A stretch of 64,000 nt of DNA from Azolla caroliniana (lineage: Eukaryota > Plantae > Polypodiophyta). Of this stretch, positions 12,277 to 26,118 are shown one piece after another. The DNA lies in assembly GCA_043228905.1 (NCBI GenBank), contig JBHGNT010000077.1:1-64000 (forward strand), given 5' to 3'. The notes below the pieces were generated by a model. It was given only the letters and a program-made list of their open reading frames with translations. It searched no databases and was not told the origin of the DNA. Position 1 is the stretch's first letter. Each line of letters opens with the position of its first letter. Made by a program: the position numbers and the translations under genes.

Positions 12277-13223
12277 TAACGTTTTGCTGGATAATATCAG
12301 TGCACACTATGTCGATGAAAAGTTGTTTATCCAATCATTGATTCGCTTGAAATATTGGCATCATCTGAATCCATTCAACTGGAGACTTAAAAAAGAAAAT
12401 ACTCAAGCAAATCAACCATGCTTTTGTCACCGAGATAAGATCATCAATTGTGAACACAGGTGGTAGGGCACACGTGTACAGTAAAAGATTACGTCCCTTG
12501 TCATACCGTTATAAAAATATAACCAATAAGAGAGTAATTGTTGTATTCATTGTAGTGAGAAATTAGTTAGAAGGTAGAGCAAAATAAAAAACCCTCCTGT
12601 TTTAGTGTTGCTTATAATTTGATTTATATAAATCATTAGCATTTTCCATAGAATGTTGCCACGTTGATTCATGTTTTGCATAGTTGTTGGCTATTCAACC
12701 AATCTTCGTGGGAACGTGTCAATCTAAACTCGCCATGAGTTCCTCCATATTTTCACAATTAAATTCAACTTTTCAAAGAATGTGTTCCCATTTCTCATAA
12801 CGATTTGGTGATCATCAGTTCTACCAAGGGACTTTCCAGCCTACAACTTCATTAACATAAATGACCCAAATGGTATTAATACAATCATAAACACAAAGTG
12901 GGGATAACTTCAAAATCAAAAACATTAGATTGCTTAATTGTTGGCGGACAACAATTTGTATCATACCTATGGTCCATTCACCAACTGGAAAAGCATATGG
13001 AGCCTTGTACACTATATAATGTTTGACCATGATGATCAAGCAAACACCATGCAAGTCATTCTCCACTCCACCGACAACCCATTGTTTAGCATCTAATCTA
13101 CACTTTGAATGTATGTAGACTAAAACCCCAATTGAGCAAATCACTCCATTTCCAACAAGAATACCAAGGTAATGAAGTTGTGAAGAACAATATACCTTTT
13201 CTAAATTTCATTTATCAGTCTTG

Positions 13224-13524
13224 TTAATATCATACAATTTGTGAGCAGCTTGGAGCTATTTCCACTCCAATCAATCTTTATTTACAACTACATACAGCAT
13301 ACAACATCTCCCGTTTTTTATGTTCTCATATTAGGCTAATAGTATATGAACATGAACCATCAATAACATCTGATACAATTCCCTGATTAATATCGTACAA
13401 CTTGTGAGTAGCTTGTAGTTAATTCCACTCAATCAATCTTTATTAACAACTATGGCATGGCATACATTATCTCCATTTTTGAAGTCCTTATAGTACACAA
13501 ACATGAACCAACGATAATATCTGA
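13224..13524. repeat. Imperfect tandem duplication, unit about 163 bp
   Basis: TTAATATC.TACAA.TTGTGAG.AGCTTG...AATCAATCTTTATT.ACAACTA...AACATGAACCA..ATAA.ATCTGA occurs twice. Confidence 0.75.
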
Positions 13525-14121
13525 CATGCAGTGTGTGAAGGAATTGCTGTTCTCCCATGTTATCCCTTCTCAATAAGCAATCCAATCGGATGAACCCATT
13601 AACTTGGAGCTCATTAGGACCTTCACTAATTGTTGTTAGAGCATATGCACTTATATGGACAAGTGAATTTTTCTACCTCTCAAATTTAAAATAGTTGAAA
13701 CTTCGCCAACAGCCTAGAAGATTCTTGGGTCTCAATCATGTCCACAAAACTCTAATTAATATCTTACATCAATCATGCCTATTGAATCAGACTACTTGGG
13801 TCCCATTAAACTAGGATCCTAGACTACTTCATTAAAATAAATATTTGAATTAGAACCCAATTGCCTTGATTAACATCAATCACCACATTCATATAATAAA
13901 TCCAAGAATGATTGGTTTCAATCAACATCGAACTAAGACCATCATGCAAAGCATTAAAGCACTAGCAAAAAAATTTTAATTCTTTCGAATATACATCACA
14001 ATATGTTTATGTATAGAACAATTTTTGCATTTGTATTCACTAAATGAAATTTTGTGCACAACGGATTCCGCTTTCAAGATCAAACAGCCACTATATGTAG
14101 TTTAAAACAGCAATTTTGGCC

Positions 14122-17100
14122 TTACTCAAGCAGTCGCTTCCATTTGCACCATCCAATGACAAGCATATATACGATAACACAACCAACAGAAGAGCCACCG
14201 ATAGTCCATAAGAATTGGGATAGTGTACCAGTAGAAAACATGTCAATCTGAATGTTCATTCCAAACACGGCAGTCACAACAATGAACCCACTCAGCACGA
14301 GTGTCGCCGTTGTGAGCATTACACCCATCTGAAGTAGATGATTCTGTTTGTCATCCAACATGATGTTGATATAATCTTCAGTATCATCCACATACTCCCG
14401 AAGCTGCAACAGTACATTGCACACTTTAAGCAATAAATTTTCTTTTGTCCTAGCTTTCTACATTTTGTAATGACGTTCTTCCACTCTCTGCACTCATATA
14501 TCAGCATTTATAGGAGCTTGCATGTTATGCCATTTGGAATATGCAAAGTTTCTAGCTCGAACAGAAACATTTAACGGAACAAATTACCAGTAGTAAAAAA
14601 GAAGTAATTCTATTAAAGGTCTCACATGACGCTAATGGTAGAAGTGTATTGATTTAACTTTATTATTTCTACTTCGAGAAGCATCCAGAACAAAAGCAGG
14701 TTTAGTGGCAACAACATACCGCAGAAAGCTTGTTCAGTGTCCCATCAATTTGTACAAAATAAGCCTCTAAGAGCATTTCCAATTCTTCAACATCCAAATG
14801 CTTTGAACCTCCACTGCTACTACTCTTGGTACTATTCGTGCTTTCACGATCTGTGCCATGGATATTATCTTGCTTTAAAGCACCATCAAGCATCATCAAA
14901 GAGCCATGCCCATTCTGTAGTTGGCTGGCATTTCCATCTTCTAGAAGTCTGTATACATCAAAGAGGAAAATAGACTCAAATTTTCCAAGCATTTAAAAAC
15001 GAGATATGTACAGGACATGGTGGTGGAAATGGAAATGAATAATTGTTAAGATATATGTCACTAAACAATAGGTACATAAACATTGTATTTACAATGTTGG
15101 ATTAATTCCAGTCAATTGAAATTAGTATCAATTCATTAGCTAGAGGACAGTTCGCGTTATGCACATTTATTCAGTGTGTCTAGTACTGATATGTGGCACT
15201 GAACATAAGCATGGTGTCAAGATATGTCGTTAGGGAGAATGTGGATATAGAACCTTAGGAGTCGCTCACAGCTACATTCTTCTCCTCCTCAATTCAGTAG
15301 TTGACATGCTGAACTTGCAAATGCATCGATAGAGCAAAATATGTACTAGGAACCTGGTAAGGCTCCCCTTCCATGAATGTTATTAGAACTCATTGATGTA
15401 GAGTTCTGACAGAGCGTTCCGAATAAAAGGGAAGGCTGTTGCCTCACAAATGGTCCTACATGTACCACTCATCCCACCACCTCATAGTACTGTGTAGATT
15501 GACCTATTGAATCTCAAATACATTCATAATTTTCTTACGGAAGAGATATCTCTGGGTACAGTACAAGGAATAGTTTGTGGATGTCCACGATGAAATAATA
15601 TAATATTCTCAACAACTTGCATATTCTCCTCAACACCTTGCGAAATCTCACTGGTCCAGCTGCAGTGCTAGACCTAAACCCTGACCCAGAAGGATGTCCT
15701 GAAATATTATATCAGGGTTTAGGTTTAGGTTTAGGACTAGCACTGTAAGTGGATCCACCAGAATTTGTAAACTCACCCTACGGGGTTGGGCTGTCAGAAG
15801 CCCTGACATGTGTACTCCAAACTAAGAGGCTGCCCAACTTTTCCAAAATTTGAGAGGAATAAAGAGATAAACGCATCAATTCTCCATGAATGGCTAACTC
15901 TAGTTCATCAGTACCCTGGACAATCTCAAGCACTAATCCTCTGATTAGCATCAAGCAACTCCACTTCCCTTCTGTTATTTTATAATATCTTTGTTTGCCT
16001 TTCTTGTGGCTCTGTTATATATACATATGAGATTATAAATTTGCATATATTTAAGATATAGATAAAACATTTAGGGGCCCCTCTCTCTTCTCTATAAAAT
16101 CCTTCTACAACACTTATGATGCAAAAGAATAAAACAAGACACAGGCAACAGAGAACCCTGAATTTATGTCTAAAGAGATCATTCTTGCAGTTATCTTTCT
16201 TTTGTTGTACAGGTGTGTCTCCAGGGGCAGGGACACGATATTGATGTGATGGCAGAGGACATCAAATGCCCTTGGAATATCACTATTGTGAGAGATGGAT
16301 CAGGATGGTTCTGGCCACTGGATTTAACAATCGGCAACGGTTCGGTTTGAACCGAACCAAACCACGAAACCGCAGCTTAATGGCTTAAAGGTTTGGTTTG
16401 GTTCGATTCAGGAAGTGTTTTTTAACAGCTCAGTTTGGTTTGGGGATGAATGGTTCGGTTCGGTTTAATGGGTTTTTTTTTTTACAATTTTTGTTTTAAA
16501 ACAATCTTTTCATTTTAAGCCTAATTTTCACATATTAGGAAAATCTTTTAAATGTTGAAATTTTAAATTTTAAATAATGACAATTAAAATTTTAAATTTT
16601 GACCTAAGTTAAAAACCGAAACCGCAGTTTTAACAGTTTAATGGTTTAACGGTTTTGGTTCAAATGGTTACGTGGTTCAGTTCAAGTTTCAAATTTTTTA
16701 AACGGTTCAATTTCAAACAGGTTCAGTTTTGACACTCTCGAACCGAACTGAACCGTTGCCGATTGTTAACTGGATTGTAAAAATGTAGGACAGGTTTAGG
16801 GCCGATAAATCCAGCTTGGAATTTGTGTTTACTGATATCATGACTTAGAGAGAAGAAGATCTAGATTGGGGTTAATGTTTGTTATTATTATCTATTACAA
16901 TAAGGAAGGTTTGTTCAAATTCCCAGATTCCAATGTGCACCTTCATGTGTTTTCTATGTTTTCGTTTCCCTCTAGGTTATAGCATGTTTCCTTCACTCCA
17001 ATATAGTCTACTTACATCCTGAAATAAAATATATGATGTGCTAGGATGTATTGAAGCACCCTCTTTGGAAGTAAACTCATCCCCTTGTTTGTGCACAAAA

Positions 17101-19357
17101 AGAACCATCATTTATACTTTCTCCTCCACAATGGAAATTTTGGTCTAAATGTACTTTGGGAAATTTTGATGTTCATAAAAATAAGATTATCCCAAATCAC
17201 ATTTAGACATAATCCTATCCTCTTCAAGTTTATGCACATAGATACCAACCACAATTCACTCGTGTATTTTTTTGATATTATTAAGCTTTTTTGAGAGAAG
17301 AATACTTGGGATAAAAATCCTATCAAAACATACATGTCTTCTTCAACATCCGAGTCATTATTGTGCTCGAGCTGGCTAGAAAATTCATCGATACCATCTA
17401 AAGACATTCGTGAAGAATGACCATCCAAGTTCTGACCCATTAGTTTATCTGTCAGATACATCTCTGCCATGTCATCGTCATCATCCAGAAGTTGCTCAAG
17501 TTCATCCCTTACCTGTAATGTTCAAACTGTCAATTAACAAAGCATATTGACAACAAATATTCAATCTAATATGGGTTTAAAAAAGAGTAGGTAACGTGCC
17601 TAAGTGTATGCATACCTTTTGCACCCTCCCAGAAATTGTGACTAAGCGACTTTTTATTTGGCGAACTCTTTCCAAATTCAAAGTGCTAATCTTGGAAGTC
17701 AATTCATCCAGAGCTGGATATGCCTCATGCTCTAAATTTGTCGTCTGGCAAGTAAGTGGTTATGTTTGAGTATGGAACTAATGCTGTATAATAATACTCA
17801 ATATACAAACATTTTCTCAATATACCTCCAATTCAAGGGCACTACAGGCAGCTTCAAGGCAAACTTCAAGAGCACAAAACTCGAAAGGCAAAACCTTGGG
17901 GCCCATTGAACTGTCACGCTCATGCTTCTGACCCAATCCATGAACTTTCTGTGATAGAGAAGAAGATGAATCTTGTAGATAGGTGGGCGTCCTGTTCCTG
18001 TGCATATTACTTGATGGTGGTGATTTATTTGTGGCTTCTCCTTCGAGATCACTCAGTGCTTCTTCTCCACCGCCCGCCTCCTTCATCAATAGCAAAATGG
18101 CCAAAACTGCTTTTTAAGAACAAACAAATAAAATATCCATTCCGAGGGTTCTTCCATCTACGCAAGCTTCAAGGGTGTGTCTTAGAAACATCCATTCTTA
18201 GGTCTGTTCTACCATCAACATTTGAGAAAATAGTGAGCACATGCTTTGCTAGTAGGTCTTAAACTATAAAGTACGCAATTGTGGACCCCAAAAACACACA
18301 TTCCTTGGTTTGCTTCTATTTGGTGGGTCAAAACTCTTAGACCTAGACCTAAACTCCTTCATGACAAAACTTTAGAATCTAAAACCTAGATTTTAAAAGA
18401 TTTGACGAGAGCTAGTGTGTCCATTCCCAGTGTTGTTCCTAACACTGATAGTGTGACAATAGTGTTCATTTGTCAGCCTGAAAACCTTAACTGTTTGATA
18501 AACTCTAGATCCAAACAATTTCATGATGGGTCCTAAAATCTTGGTGTTTATTTTACCATGACGATTTGATAAAATAGAGAGCACAAACTTGAATGACTCC
18601 AAAACACTAACCTAAGCAAACAAACACCTGAGACCTAATAGAGAAAATTACCTAAATGTTTGCTTGTTTTCAGAAACGTGTGTAAGTTTGACCAAAGTGA
18701 CTTCTAATCATAAAATTAGAAAATTGGAAAAAGAACACTTTTGAAAATAAGTAAGCATGTTTTTTGAAAGTCTTGGATATAAATGCGTATTTTAGTCATT
18801 TTTTCTACATCATACCATAAAACTCGGGTCTCTAACCCTAACCCTAAAATATTGAAGACCCCAGCCCTAAAGACTTGCAAAATAAACACTTTAAAAGACG
18901 ACCATGAACCTATGATAATGAAAGTCAATGATGATTAAAAAAACCTTTTGAAGGCGACGCCGAAGATCAGATATAAAAGTCACCGTCGCAGCATGGTCTT
19001 TGGACTCAAGGAGGAGAACCTCTTGGGCAGTGATGATGGCCTTGATGTGTTCCAGGTTCACTACGATAGCTCGTTCTCGGCCAAGTATGGTGGAAGGATA
19101 GGAGAGGATGGGATCAAGGATGCGAAGATCACGTGCAGGGAGACCCGTCCGCCTCATGATCACATGCTTGCCCGCCTCCACCACCTGCTCCCGACCATCG
19201 GAGTCGATGAGGATCCATGTCCTCGTCCCAAGAGCCTTCTTCCTGATACCACCACTGGCCCCAGCCACGATGCAGGGGGCAGCAGTGCTACCGCTCACTC
19301 GCTCCTCCTCCCTACCCCCAACTGTCGTTGCCGCTGCAGCGGCTTTCCGTGACCTCA

Positions 19358-19358
<1 letters not shown>
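14122..19358 (-). CDS. MRS2: MRS2/MGT (CorA-family) magnesium transporter, MRS2-3-like. Exons about 19358-18945, 18080(?)-17826, 17744-17616, 17512-17334, 14948-14720, 14403-14122
   Basis: Motifs [116 protein letters not shown] and the GMN motif between two TM helices. GT-AG junctions are phase-consistent except that the exon 2 acceptor is uncertain. Confidence 0.95.
15638..15780. repeat. Small foldback (MITE-like) element in an MRS2 intron, with CCTAAA/TTTAGG units
   Basis: CAGTGCTAGACCTAAACCCTGA (from 15663) is imperfectly complementary to TCAGGGTTTAGG...ACTAGCACTG (up to 15745), and the pairing extends imperfectly outward. Confidence 0.55.
16325..16768. mobile_element. hAT-superfamily MITE (444 bp) in MRS2 intron 4
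   Basis: TIRs TAACAATCGGCAACGGTTC...GAACCGTTGCCGATTGTTA, a perfect 8-bp TSD ACTGGATT (16317-16324 and 16769-16776), and many AACCG/CGGTT subterminal motifs. Confidence 0.93.
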
Positions 19359-19392
<34 letters not shown>

Positions 19393-19612
19393 ATCCATCC
19401 TTCTCTTCTCTTCTCTCTACGACAATTCTGTCTTTCCACTTGCCACGGTCGACAGGTTTTATTCTCTCTCTCTCTCTATCTCTGTCTCTCTGTCTCTCTG
19501 TCTCTGTCTATGATTTATTTCGCAAGAAGAATTGACTCAGATAGAAATTCTGTCTCTTCCTCCTCTTGCCACTCTCGACAGGTTCTTTCTCTCTCTCTCT
19601 CTCTCTCCCTCC
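19358..19612. repeat. GA/CT microsatellite-rich 5' leader of MRS2
   Basis: Several (CT)n tracts and a duplicated CTTGCCAC..TCGACAGGTT unit lie immediately upstream of the ATG. Confidence 0.85.
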
Positions 19613-21108
19613 CTCCCTTGGCGATCATTCCATGGTGTGTGTATCATGCATTAAAAACAAGTAACCACACATGTGACAGATCCCCAAGCCCGATGACAAG
19701 TGCGCGAGAACATGTCTCTATGCTCCCCAAGCATCGTACAAGAGAACGTTTCCCATCTGCATTATTTTAGTGCTTCGACGCCCCTTCAATGTTGTCACAT
19801 TGAAATGGAATATGAAATTGGCATCCCATATCCAAACAGTCGCACCACATCATATTACATTTGGTAGTGTAACATATAGGCAACATTGCCTCCAACTAAT
19901 CTTTCTCTTTTTGCAATCTTTCATCATGCAAATATTATCTTCATAAATAGGATTCCCATCTTTGTACATCCTCAATACTCCCTTCAATTCCATGCTTACC
20001 ATCAAACATCATGCCATAGTCCCCCAAAAAAATTTCTTCATCTATGACACTAGGTAAACACATGACAACTTGGCATTTCGTAACAATGCATAAAAACTTG
20101 ATATATCTTAGACATGTAATCTTTCGACCAATTATACACTCGTCAATTAATCAAATAATTTGCTAGTAAATAGGGAGATAAGTTCTTGTATTAGAAGTTC
20201 CAATTTTGGTTGTTCATGTTTGGTAAATTGAGAGATGAGTTCATGTACTTTGAATCTATCACAATAAAGAATGAATGCTTTAAGTGGGATACCCCTAATA
20301 CTTACTGCACCTACATTATATAAGGCATGTCAACATCAACATTGTATAAGAAACAAAAATAGTTGTAAAATAGTTGTTTAACTTACGAATGTGTTATGTA
20401 ACATCAGATCATTTAGATTGGTTGACCCATGTCATAATTCCATTGTGTTTCAAATTACAACACAATTCTAGAACCTATCAAATTGCATATATTTTCACTG
20501 CTGCTTAATCTGTTGCTCAAAAGTAACCGTATTCAATTTTGGCTTTCCTGAATCTAATCACTTTACAGGATAGTTTTTCACCTTAAAAGTGAAGAGATGG
20601 ACTCATGAGTTCCTGTCCACTTCTGTATCATCACAATACGTTATAATTTATGCCCCTCATGTATATATTAGTATATTATTGAAAAGGAAATGTGTTATCA
20701 TTCATTGGCCCAAAAATATACAAATTGGTTATTTACATATTCTCCAAAACTCATCAATATTGGCAATAAACATCATCTGAAACAATTTTTAATACATATA
20801 ATTACAGAAAGCATACACGCTATTCACCAAAAAAGCGCTGTAAAAATAGATAATAAAAATCATGCAACCCCATCAATATAGTTGGCAACCTATGGGAACA
20901 GTTTTCCCAGTGAGACATAGCAACCATGCATAATGCATGCTGTGATAACTATTGTTCATATAAATTTCCATAAGCAATTGCAGAAGAAAAACACAGCATA
21001 TTCCAGGAAGAGCTTTTATTTCAGTTCAAGCACTTTTTTTATTGTGTACTACTTTGTCTAAAGTTTGAAGAAAAAGAGGAATCAACACTCTGAATCAAGT
21101 TGAACAAA

Positions 21109-24100
21109 TTACGCCAGTGGTGGTAATGGCTCACGTAGAATTCTCTCCATATCTCTCAGTTTTGTCGCAATGGAAAGATCGATATGTTTCTCACCAATAT
21201 CCACCACCAAGCCTCCCATAATGCGTCTATCAACCTACAATAACAATGTATTAAGCACTGCATTGCCCTTAGTTAAAGGCTGAAAATGTCTTGAAAGCAA
21301 GGTTAATCTTTTAACTGAGAAGAAGCACATATACAAACAAACAATAACTTGAAAACAGTTCTCTAAACGTGTTGAGAGTTAGGAGTTGGGTTTTGCAAGG
21401 GGTAGCATGTACATACACCTATGTATACAGCTTAAACACAAGGGTCCAGCTTTATAAACTGTCTCAAAATAATGCCATTCTTTGATATTATGACCAACAT
21501 GTCTTACTGAAGGCTGGTGTTGATTTCGTGCGGATTCAAAAGGACAAACTTCTTAACCCCAAGACAGCAAATTAACATACTACTTGATTTAAATGCATAA
21601 GATTTTACAATAAAACAACATAATTGATGGAGAAGCAAGACCCTCAGGTCCAGCAAAATATTGTGATACCCCAAACCAACAAATTAACACACAATTTAAT
21701 TGAACAAACATAATGCATGCACAATAAAACAATGTGATCTGAGGAAAATCCCAACCTTCTGGTCCAGCAGAATAGTTTGATCCTCTTCAACAAATCTTCG
21801 GAGAGACTTTTTCAACTCTTCCATTTCTTTAGGTTTCAATTCCTGGCAATTGCATTCCACTCAATAAATGGTAGTATTCAGCTTATTTGCTAACAAATCT
21901 CAGTTGCATATAAATCATTGAGAATAAAATATATCAAATAATGTCAAAGTAATTATATATAACCATGCACGTCTCATGGAAGACCTATTCCCTGAATTAT
22001 AAGGATCATAAATTATCCGGATTGACACAAAGCCAACCATTGAAATAATCCCTGACTGTCTCCACGAAACCAGAATGATTATGTTAATAAAATATGCAGT
22101 TGGATACTCACAACAACAGATGTAACAGTTGCTTTCACTTGTTTCCTGTATGCCAAAACAAGCTCTGATAGTGCACCCATTATTTCTTGAAAACCATGGA
22201 GTCTTCCATTTTCAGCTAGCAAAGCTGAAAGTTAACAGAAGAGTTTCAAAATTTTGAATACACGGCCATGAGAATAGACATTATCTTTAAAGCATGCCTG
22301 TGATGGTCAGGATTGACATGACTAATTAGTATAAAGACCTGAATCTCATGAACTAGGTTAACTTGCTGCTATTTAAGCAAGAGAGAAATAGTGCTATTAT
22401 TTCAATTTTAGAAATAGAGATAACATATCATCCTCACTCAATATTGGGCAAGATCCCCCCATAAAACTACAATTTAACAAGAAAAACAGGAGATCTTCGA
22501 GAAGAAAAATAATAAACCCAGCATGGGTTTCTCATAGTGAAGCCCTTGCAATTAGGCATTGTGTCTCAAAACATGTCAGTTGATAAAAAAAAGAATGTAA
22601 CAAAGAATGCACGCCTTAATATATTGATGTTTTACTTGAACTTTCTGGATACATGTAACAGCTCCACCAATTAAAATTCTATTGTAAAATCTTTCCTAGA
22701 AGTCTTAGCATTCAATCTAATCTACTAAAATCCTTATAGAAAACAAAGACTATTCCAGTATACTGAAGTAAGGAGAGTACAATCTACATCTATGAAAAAA
22801 CTGATGGATGGGAAGAAAAACATAGAAGGCACGAGAAACAAATCACACTGCCACACAACATTGATACCAGAATTGCAGAATTGAGACTTATGATTACAAT
22901 ATAAAAAGAAAGAATGTTACCCAAAAAGTTTGTTGTAATATCAGAAAATCCCAACTCTCCCAGCAAGCTTTGTACAGCCTTAACCTTATTTTTGTTGGAG
23001 ACTGACATGTCCTTCAAAAACTCCAGGAAGGTTGGACTCTTTTCAGATGCTTTCAAAAGTTCAGTCAATTCCTCATATATTGGTTCCAAAGCATTTGCTC
23101 GGACAGCTGTGACATACAATGATGCAGCATACTTCCCCGCCACACCATGAACTGTAACTGGAATCTAAATTCAAAATTATCCAGTAAGATGATACGACTA
23201 TTCGACGCAACAATCATTTTTGTTAGATGCTAAAGATTGAGGTATCCATAGAAATTCTTCACATTAACAATAAGGAGTACCATCCTATTTAAAGGTTCAT
23301 AGGTGATACCAATAAAATTATAACTATTTGATGCTACATGTCTACATTGAAAACAACCCAAGCATGGTGCTAGCAATTCAAGGTATCTGAAGAAAAACTA
23401 TTTTACAAAAAGAATGCTCGTGATAGGTGATATCAACGATAAAAAACAGAGCACATATTTTGAGAATAAGCATGCAAGTTGTTGTGAGCTACACAAATCA
23501 ATCAAATCTACACAGAAATATTATCTGACCTAGAAAACGGTAAGAAACTAACCTTCACTGGTGCTTCCTTTGGCTTTGGTGGTTCCCCAGCACTAGCGCT
23601 GAAGTCTCGAATCTGTAGAGGAATATCAAATCGATTGTGTGATGTGTGTGTGTGTGTGTGTGTCACTAGACCAATGTACTCATTATATATCAAGTTCACG
23701 ACTTTTTATCGTGCATTATATAAGAGATTCAGAAAGAAATAAGTTTAAGAAAGTAGCAACATTACATAGAAACTATATATTCACAACTCACGCATGCAAT
23801 ATTAACGTTTCGTCGTTGAAACAGATACTCAAAGTTGAAGTTTATGACAGATTTCCCTATATTGTGATTATGTACACCATCGATTGTACATTTGAGAGAG
23901 AAACAATCATTTCATGAATTCTTCAATGCCAAAAATTGCGAAAGAAAAACAAGAATACATTTTTCAGGTACATGGCCATGCAGATATAGAGAGAGAGTTC
24001 AACACGATTTGTTTAATTCACAAGCTCAGCATTTTTCTTTCTTGGCAACAACATAATAGTGCACATGAAGAAGGAAACGGATTTTTCCATCGTCTGTACA

Positions 24101-24324
24101 CCAGTTTCTCTTTATCTTCGAACAAAATAAAACAAACAAATTGTAGAAGCAGAGAAAAAAGGGGGATCTACGAAACAAACAACAGTTGCTTTCGTCTTTC
24201 TTCTTCTATTGCAAACCTGGGATACAACTGTAGATCGAAGGAGTCCATCGCTACGCTGAAATGCACGAGAAGTAGAAGCAGAAGAAGAAGATGCCAGGCG
24301 AAGCAAACCTCGACGAAGAGCCAT
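21109..24324 (-). CDS. ATPO: Mitochondrial ATP synthase subunit O (OSCP). Exons 24324-24217, 23612-23553, 23164-22921, 22224-22112, 21842-21756, 21234-21109
   Basis: Mitochondrial presequence MALRRGLLRLASS, then IPVTVHGVAGKYAASLY, TTNFLALLAENGRL, VKATVTS and VDRRIMGGLVVDIGEKHIDLSI. All six exons join in phase at GT-AG junctions. Confidence 0.95.
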
Positions 24325-24572
24325 CGCTCAGTGAGAGAGGGGAGAAGGAAGACAGGCAAATTTAGGGTAATGAAGTTCGGAGCGATTGAGTTACAGACAG
24401 AGGAGGGGCATCATGCATTGTTTTGCTATATGTTATGGTTTCACATTATGTACATAATATATACATTATACATACATGTACTATTGTTAAATAGACAAAA
24501 GAAAGTGATGCTTTAGGAGGAGCTATGTATAAATGTGTGTGTGAGAGAGAAAGGGAAGGAGGGTCAATCGAG

Positions 24573-24642
24573 ATGGATGTAGCTTAGTTGGTAAGGTTGC
24601 CCAATGGAGACCAAGAGGTCATGTGTTTCAACCCCTCCATTC
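24573..24642 (+). other. tRNA-derived sequence (SINE head or tRNA pseudogene)
   Basis: A-box TAGCTTAGTTGG at 24580 and a degenerate B-box GTTTCAACCC at 24625, with tRNA-like 45-nt spacing. The T stem and anticodon stem are broken. Confidence 0.5.
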
Positions 24643-24765
24643 TATAGTGGCACCTAGTAAATTAAGAGGATGTGTATGAAGTACATAATAGAGAGGTTAG
24701 AAATTTGAGACTTGAGCCTAGGGCTAGTAGTGTAACAACTTACCACTAGGGGAAAGGTAATTATG

Positions 24766-24801
<36 letters not shown>

Positions 24802-26118
24802 CTCAAGAAGAAGGATTGCAAGAGAAAGATATAGCATGCAATGACATCGAATATGGATGAGTTTGCCGACTAATAGATAGATAGATGTATTTTTAATGTC
24901 TTGAGGAGACTGATTACGATCTATGAGACAAGACGTAACCCATGGCAAGGACCAAACATGGATTCTCTCAAATTCATGATTTTGATGCTACAGTGTAAAC
25001 CACTGAGCGAATAGCCAAAGAGAGAGAATCAATTTCAAGCCCATCAATGCATCATGAGTCTTTTCCCACAAAAACAATCCTAATGTGCATCATAGATGAA
25101 TCTCAAACCATTTCTTTCAAAGCATGCATATATAGCTTAGTATGAAGGGTCAACAAAGTCCATTGTTCAATATGCACATTTTATATCAATTGTTTCTCCA
25201 ACAACATCATCAAAATCCTAAACATGATTTGTATTTTCTACTATGATATACCATAGCATGATACACATGGATTTGAGCATGCACACTTTTTTTCACTTTT
25301 CAAGGTACATCATAAGAGATAGAGATGTCATGTCATTGATGAACTTGTGTGAAATGTAAATGAGAGGGTCTTAGAACTTCTCCGACACCTTTTGACCACC
25401 CATTTTGAGTTTGCTTCTTTGTTTCCCAAGTGTTACATGCCACCATAACTTTGGTCTTCACCATTCATCTTGATCTAGCATCTTGGGTTGTTCTTTCTAT
25501 ACAAGATGCATGCATCCTACACGGTCATCTGAGATATTGATATTTAATTGTAAATCTAGCAAAAGTAATATAAAAAACAAATTTATGGAAAGGAAGGGTT
25601 TGGATGGATGGCTAGGGATAAAATTCCCTTCTTGATTTGGTTCGGTCACACTTAACATAAGAACTAATTGCATCATCCCTCTAGCTCAAGGGTTCAAATG
25701 GCCTTGCCTCCACTGAAGCCATGATATCTCACAACAAGATGGATCAACCAAGATAAGGGTTGCATTAAGAATTAGATAACAAAAGAGTAGGGTTATAGAT
25801 TGAGAAATACAAAGACAAAGGGAAGGAGTATTTAGTGGACATCAAACTTGATAGGGTAGATGAAGAAATGGAAAGATTGAATCAGGTGCAAGCGAAGAGG
25901 TAGAAATTACCGTCGTGAAAGTGATGGTAAATTGTAATCAAGCTTTTGGTACGAAGGGCATTTCAGTAATTTATTTTTGGTGCGGAGAGAGGGCATTTTG
26001 GTAAATAAATACGTTTTCCTTTAAGCGTCAATTGTTTCGGGGGATTTATTTGGAAATAAACAAACAAGCAAGCAAATTTACAAGACGGGTAGAAAACCAG
26101 AGAGCAGAGAATCCATCT

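Noticed and set aside
12821-13200. Minus-strand ORF region with HYLGILVG, reminiscent of a LINE RT C-terminus
   Set aside because: Too decayed to call without a search. Probably an old LINE fragment, not a gene.
24573-24642. Functional tRNA gene
   Set aside because: The T stem and anticodon stem do not pair, so it is kept only as a tRNA-derived remnant.
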